Shown here: positions 36,017 to 38,191 of the stretch, in pieces
Layout: every line of letters starts with the position of its first letter
Position numbering within the stretch: position 1 is the stretch's first letter
DNA from: a virus
Lineage: Duplodnaviria; Caudoviricetes
Direction: 5' to 3' (one strand)
IMG/VR virus record: IMGVR_UViG_3300022173_000002
Location: 1-38,191 of that record
Length of the DNA: 38,191 bases
The notes under the pieces: generated by a model
Told to the model about the DNA's origin: nothing
The model's input: only the letters and a program-made list of their open reading frames with translations
The model's database searches: none
Program-made: the position numbers and the translations under genes

Positions 36017-36093
36017 TCAGTAACAATAAAATAAACTAGAGTTAGCAGCATACCTGTAGCCACTCCAAAAAGAAAAGTGAAGATGTCTAACAT
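36013..36093 (-). CDS. 26-aa single-TM peptide (not in ORF track)
   Basis: MLDIFTFLFGVATGMLLTLVYFIVTD; TAATG-coupled to helicase stop, GAGG upstream. Confidence 0.5.
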   Translation of the reverse strand: MLDIFTFLFGVATGMLLTLVYFIVTD

Positions 36094-37325
36094 TAAATGT
36101 CCTCGTAGCGGGCAATGGCGGGGTTAATCAAACATTCCATACGACCATGACGCAAGGCTGGATCAGAGTCTGGATCGCCAGCAAGTTTATTTTTACTTGC
36201 ATGGAGATAGCGTAGTGTCTCGTATCCAACATCGTTGGTCTTACCAATTCCTAGAATCCAGTCAGCTTCAGCTTGCTTGGAAGTCTTGGCGTTAGCTACG
36301 TTAGCCATGGTGAGCCACTTCTGGCCCTCACCCGACCCGTCAGCTTGACAGACTCCAATAGTTGCGTAGTTGAGTTCTTTGCCTAACTCACGGCCCCATT
36401 GGTAGATGGCCCCAAGCTTCAAGTCTTCTCGGTCAGCATCAAAGCCAGTGATCTTATCAATTTGGTCAAAGATTACTAGGCTTGGTCGATACTTCCTACA
36501 CACTGCCTCTACATACTGCTTGCTGATAGACCCAGGAGTTTTAGGGATTAGGTGCTTGCCTTTGGTAGCCTCCATGAAGGCATTACGGGCAGCAACGGGA
36601 TTACTGTTAAGTTGTGCTAGGGAAGCCCCTAGTGCGGCTTGATAGCAGCGAATCTTTACTTTGTTGTGCGCCTCTTCGTTGTTGAACCACAGCACAGGTC
36701 CGGCGGTACCTGACAATTGCTGCGCCATATACGTTGTTTCGCTGGCAAGGAAAGTCGTTTTACCTGTCTCGGGCCTAGCAAAGATGAAACCAAAATCTCC
36801 GCCTCGCAAGCTACCGAGCATACGGTTGAGTGTATTAAGTCTCCATCGAAGTCCGGGCTGACGGTATGTTTCATTGAGTAGTTGTTCAAGATCATCCGAT
36901 ACAAAATCTACTTCATCACGATTGTCTGTTGTCGTTGGTTGCTGAAGTTGAGCGAGTAGTTTGTTGAGGGCATCAATGTTGCCCCGACCTTCTGTAATGT
37001 CATACGATACAAGGGAAATTTCTTTGAGCAGCCTTTGTTGATAAAAGGAGTCAATTAAAACGCTAGTTGTGAGTTCTGATACCTCAAGAGTTTCGAGGTT
37101 AGACAGAAGTTGTTTGTAGTAGTTAGCGTCTTTGAGTGGGCTAGACAGGACTAGGTTAGCCAAGTCTGCCACTGTGAGGTTTACAGCATTGTTTTGATGA
37201 AAGCTGTCTAATGCTGAAAAGACAGGAATAAGTTCTCTAGGGAAGTCCTTAATGGACAACTTATCTTTGTTGTTTAACCACTGTTCATGATTTAACAGTA
37301 GTTTAATGATACTTAATTCAACTAT
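36093..37325 (-). CDS. DnaB-like replicative helicase (probable ATA start at 37325; ORF track starts at 37259)
   Basis: Walker A ARPETGKTT, FNNEE, IFDQIDK, CQAD, KQAEADWILGIG motifs. Confidence 0.9.
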   Translation of the reverse strand: MVELSIIKLLLNHEQWLNNKDKLSIKDFPRELIPVFSALDSFHQNNAVNLTVADLANLVLSSPLKDANYYKQLLSNLETLEVSELTTSVLIDSFYQQRLLKEISLVSYDITEGRGNIDALNKLLAQLQQPTTTDNRDEVDFVSDDLEQLLNETYRQPGLRWRLNTLNRMLGSLRGGDFGFIFARPETGKTTFLASETTYMAQQLSGTAGPVLWFNNEEAHNKVKIRCYQAALGASLAQLNSNPVAARNAFMEATKGKHLIPKTPGSISKQYVEAVCRKYRPSLVIFDQIDKITGFDADREDLKLGAIYQWGRELGKELNYATIGVCQADGSGEGQKWLTMANVANAKTSKQAEADWILGIGKTNDVGYETLRYLHASKNKLAGDPDSDPALRHGRMECLINPAIARYEDI

Positions 37326-37353
37326 AGTAGTCTCCTATACTACATGCAACCGA

Positions 37354-37371
37354 GGGGGGGGGGGGGGGGGG
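37354..37371. repeat. G18 homopolymer (C18 in the helicase leader)
   Basis: 18 consecutive G on the + strand. Confidence 0.8.
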
Positions 37372-37408
37372 AGTGTCAGTTTTGTAAAAAACAACTCCCT
37401 TAACTATT

Positions 37409-37437
37409 ATTGTACTCTAAATTTCTTCAGTTGTCAA
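37409..37437 (-). promoter_or_regulatory. Sigma70-type promoter for helicase operon
   Basis: TTGACA-17 nt-TACAAT on the minus strand. Confidence 0.8.
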
Positions 37438-37438
37438 G

Positions 37439-37741
37439 TCAGCTAGAAGTATTACTTTTCTGTGTAGTGATGCCGTGAGCAGACTCGATGGCGCGGGCAA
37501 ACCGTCTCCAGTTAGTCCACGGATCGTCTTGCTGGTTGTGGTGAGCGTTGAAGATCGCGTCGATCTGCTCATCGCTCAGCGCCCGTCTGAGTTCCTCAAC
37601 CCGCGCCCGAAGCGTGGCGTTTTCTTTGAACAGCAGCGCATACGTCTCTTCCATTTCGTCGATTTCCTGTGCGGCTTCTTCACAGACGCCCCATCCATGG
37701 TTGTTAGCAATATCCCGTAATGCTGATGTGTAAATACTCAT
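37439..37741 (-). CDS. Hypothetical protein, GC-richer than flanks
   Basis: ATGA-coupled; coiled coil plus LSDEQI...FARAIESAHGI motif seen in accessory phage ORFs. Confidence 0.65.
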   Translation of the reverse strand: MSIYTSALRDIANNHGWGVCEEAAQEIDEMEETYALLFKENATLRARVEELRRALSDEQIDAIFNAHHNQQDDPWTNWRRFARAIESAHGITTQKSNTSS

Positions 37742-37989
37742 CGTGATGCTTCACTAGTTGGATCAAGTTGTTTGGTGCCTCTATGAGCGTCTAGCTTACC
37801 ACTCTGGTACCCTATCCTATACCCATGCTCAAAAGCGTCTTGTAGGGCTTTCTGAGGGCTTTTCTGAAGATATTCCTCATACTCTTTCATCAAACCCGTC
37901 AACGGCTTCTCAAAGTTGACTACAGGAGACTCGTTGATGATTTGTCCGGGTGGGTGAGTTGTGTTTGTTTCAGGTCGTTTGTGCATCAT
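37738..37989 (-). CDS. Hypothetical protein
   Basis: GAGG RBS; coupled to the primase stop. Confidence 0.6.
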   Translation of the reverse strand: MMHKRPETNTTHPPGQIINESPVVNFEKPLTGLMKEYEEYLQKSPQKALQDAFEHGYRIGYQSGKLDAHRGTKQLDPTSEASR

Positions 37990-38191
37990 GCTTCTAAATA
38001 CCTCTTAATGTCGTCAAAGCTGTAGATTTTAGGATCAAGATCAGTTAAGACGACTTTTGATGATAGACCTAGCCACTTACAGTTGTCTGAAATATGGCGT
38101 GCTTCTCTCCACTTGTCAGAATCTAGCCAAACAATGATTTGCTGATACCCTTGTCGTTGTGCTTCAACGATCTTATGTGTCTGGAAGTTGG
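37986..38191 (-). CDS. DNA primase (Toprim), 3' part only; truncated by window edge
   Basis: Own translation: ...QIIVWLDSDKWREA...VLTDLDPKIYS...; DxD and DPK Toprim motifs; upstream of helicase. Confidence 0.75.
   Translation of the reverse strand, partial: NFQTHKIVEAQRQGYQQIIVWLDSDKWREARHISDNCKWLGLSSKVVLTDLDPKIYSFDDIKRYLEA

Noticed and set aside
1-38191. Prophage/temperate functions or phage RNA polymerase
   Set aside because: No integrase, repressor or single-subunit RNAP recognised; the early region lies partly outside the window.

Overview
This window is most of a lytic podovirus-type (P22/T7-supergroup-like) dsDNA phage genome. No RNA polymerase or integrase is visible. It has two convergent arms that meet at a bidirectional terminator (~26656-26699). 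The + arm (653-26647) holds a small secreted protein, TerS, tRNA-Trp and tRNA-Tyr, two HNH/EndoVII nucleases, TerL, portal, a GroES-like co-chaperonin, scaffold, capsid proteins, a probable head-spike module, a pectate-lyase-type tailspike, holins, tail adaptor/nozzle, ejection proteins and a GH108 endolysin. The - arm holds a partial primase, DnaB-like helicase, two metallophosphoesterases, a split family-A DNA polymerase, an SSB candidate, a 5'-3' exonuclease, HNH nucleases, two NTP pyrophosphohydrolases and a class II ribonucleotide reductase. Most notable observations: (1) an HNH gene inserted in the 3' end of groES with a synonymously recoded replacement gene end that also supplies its own RBS and start; (2) an RcGTA-like spike-base gene followed by a lyase-like protein and an FN3 protein that seem to share two halves of one Ig-like domain, around a high-GC cassette; (3) PolA split just before motif A, with an altered motif B; (4) a helicase leader with a G18/C18 tract and a probable ATA start; (5) a homopurine mirror repeat beside divergent sigma70 promoters. 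All product calls come from motif recognition by eye; no database searches were run.
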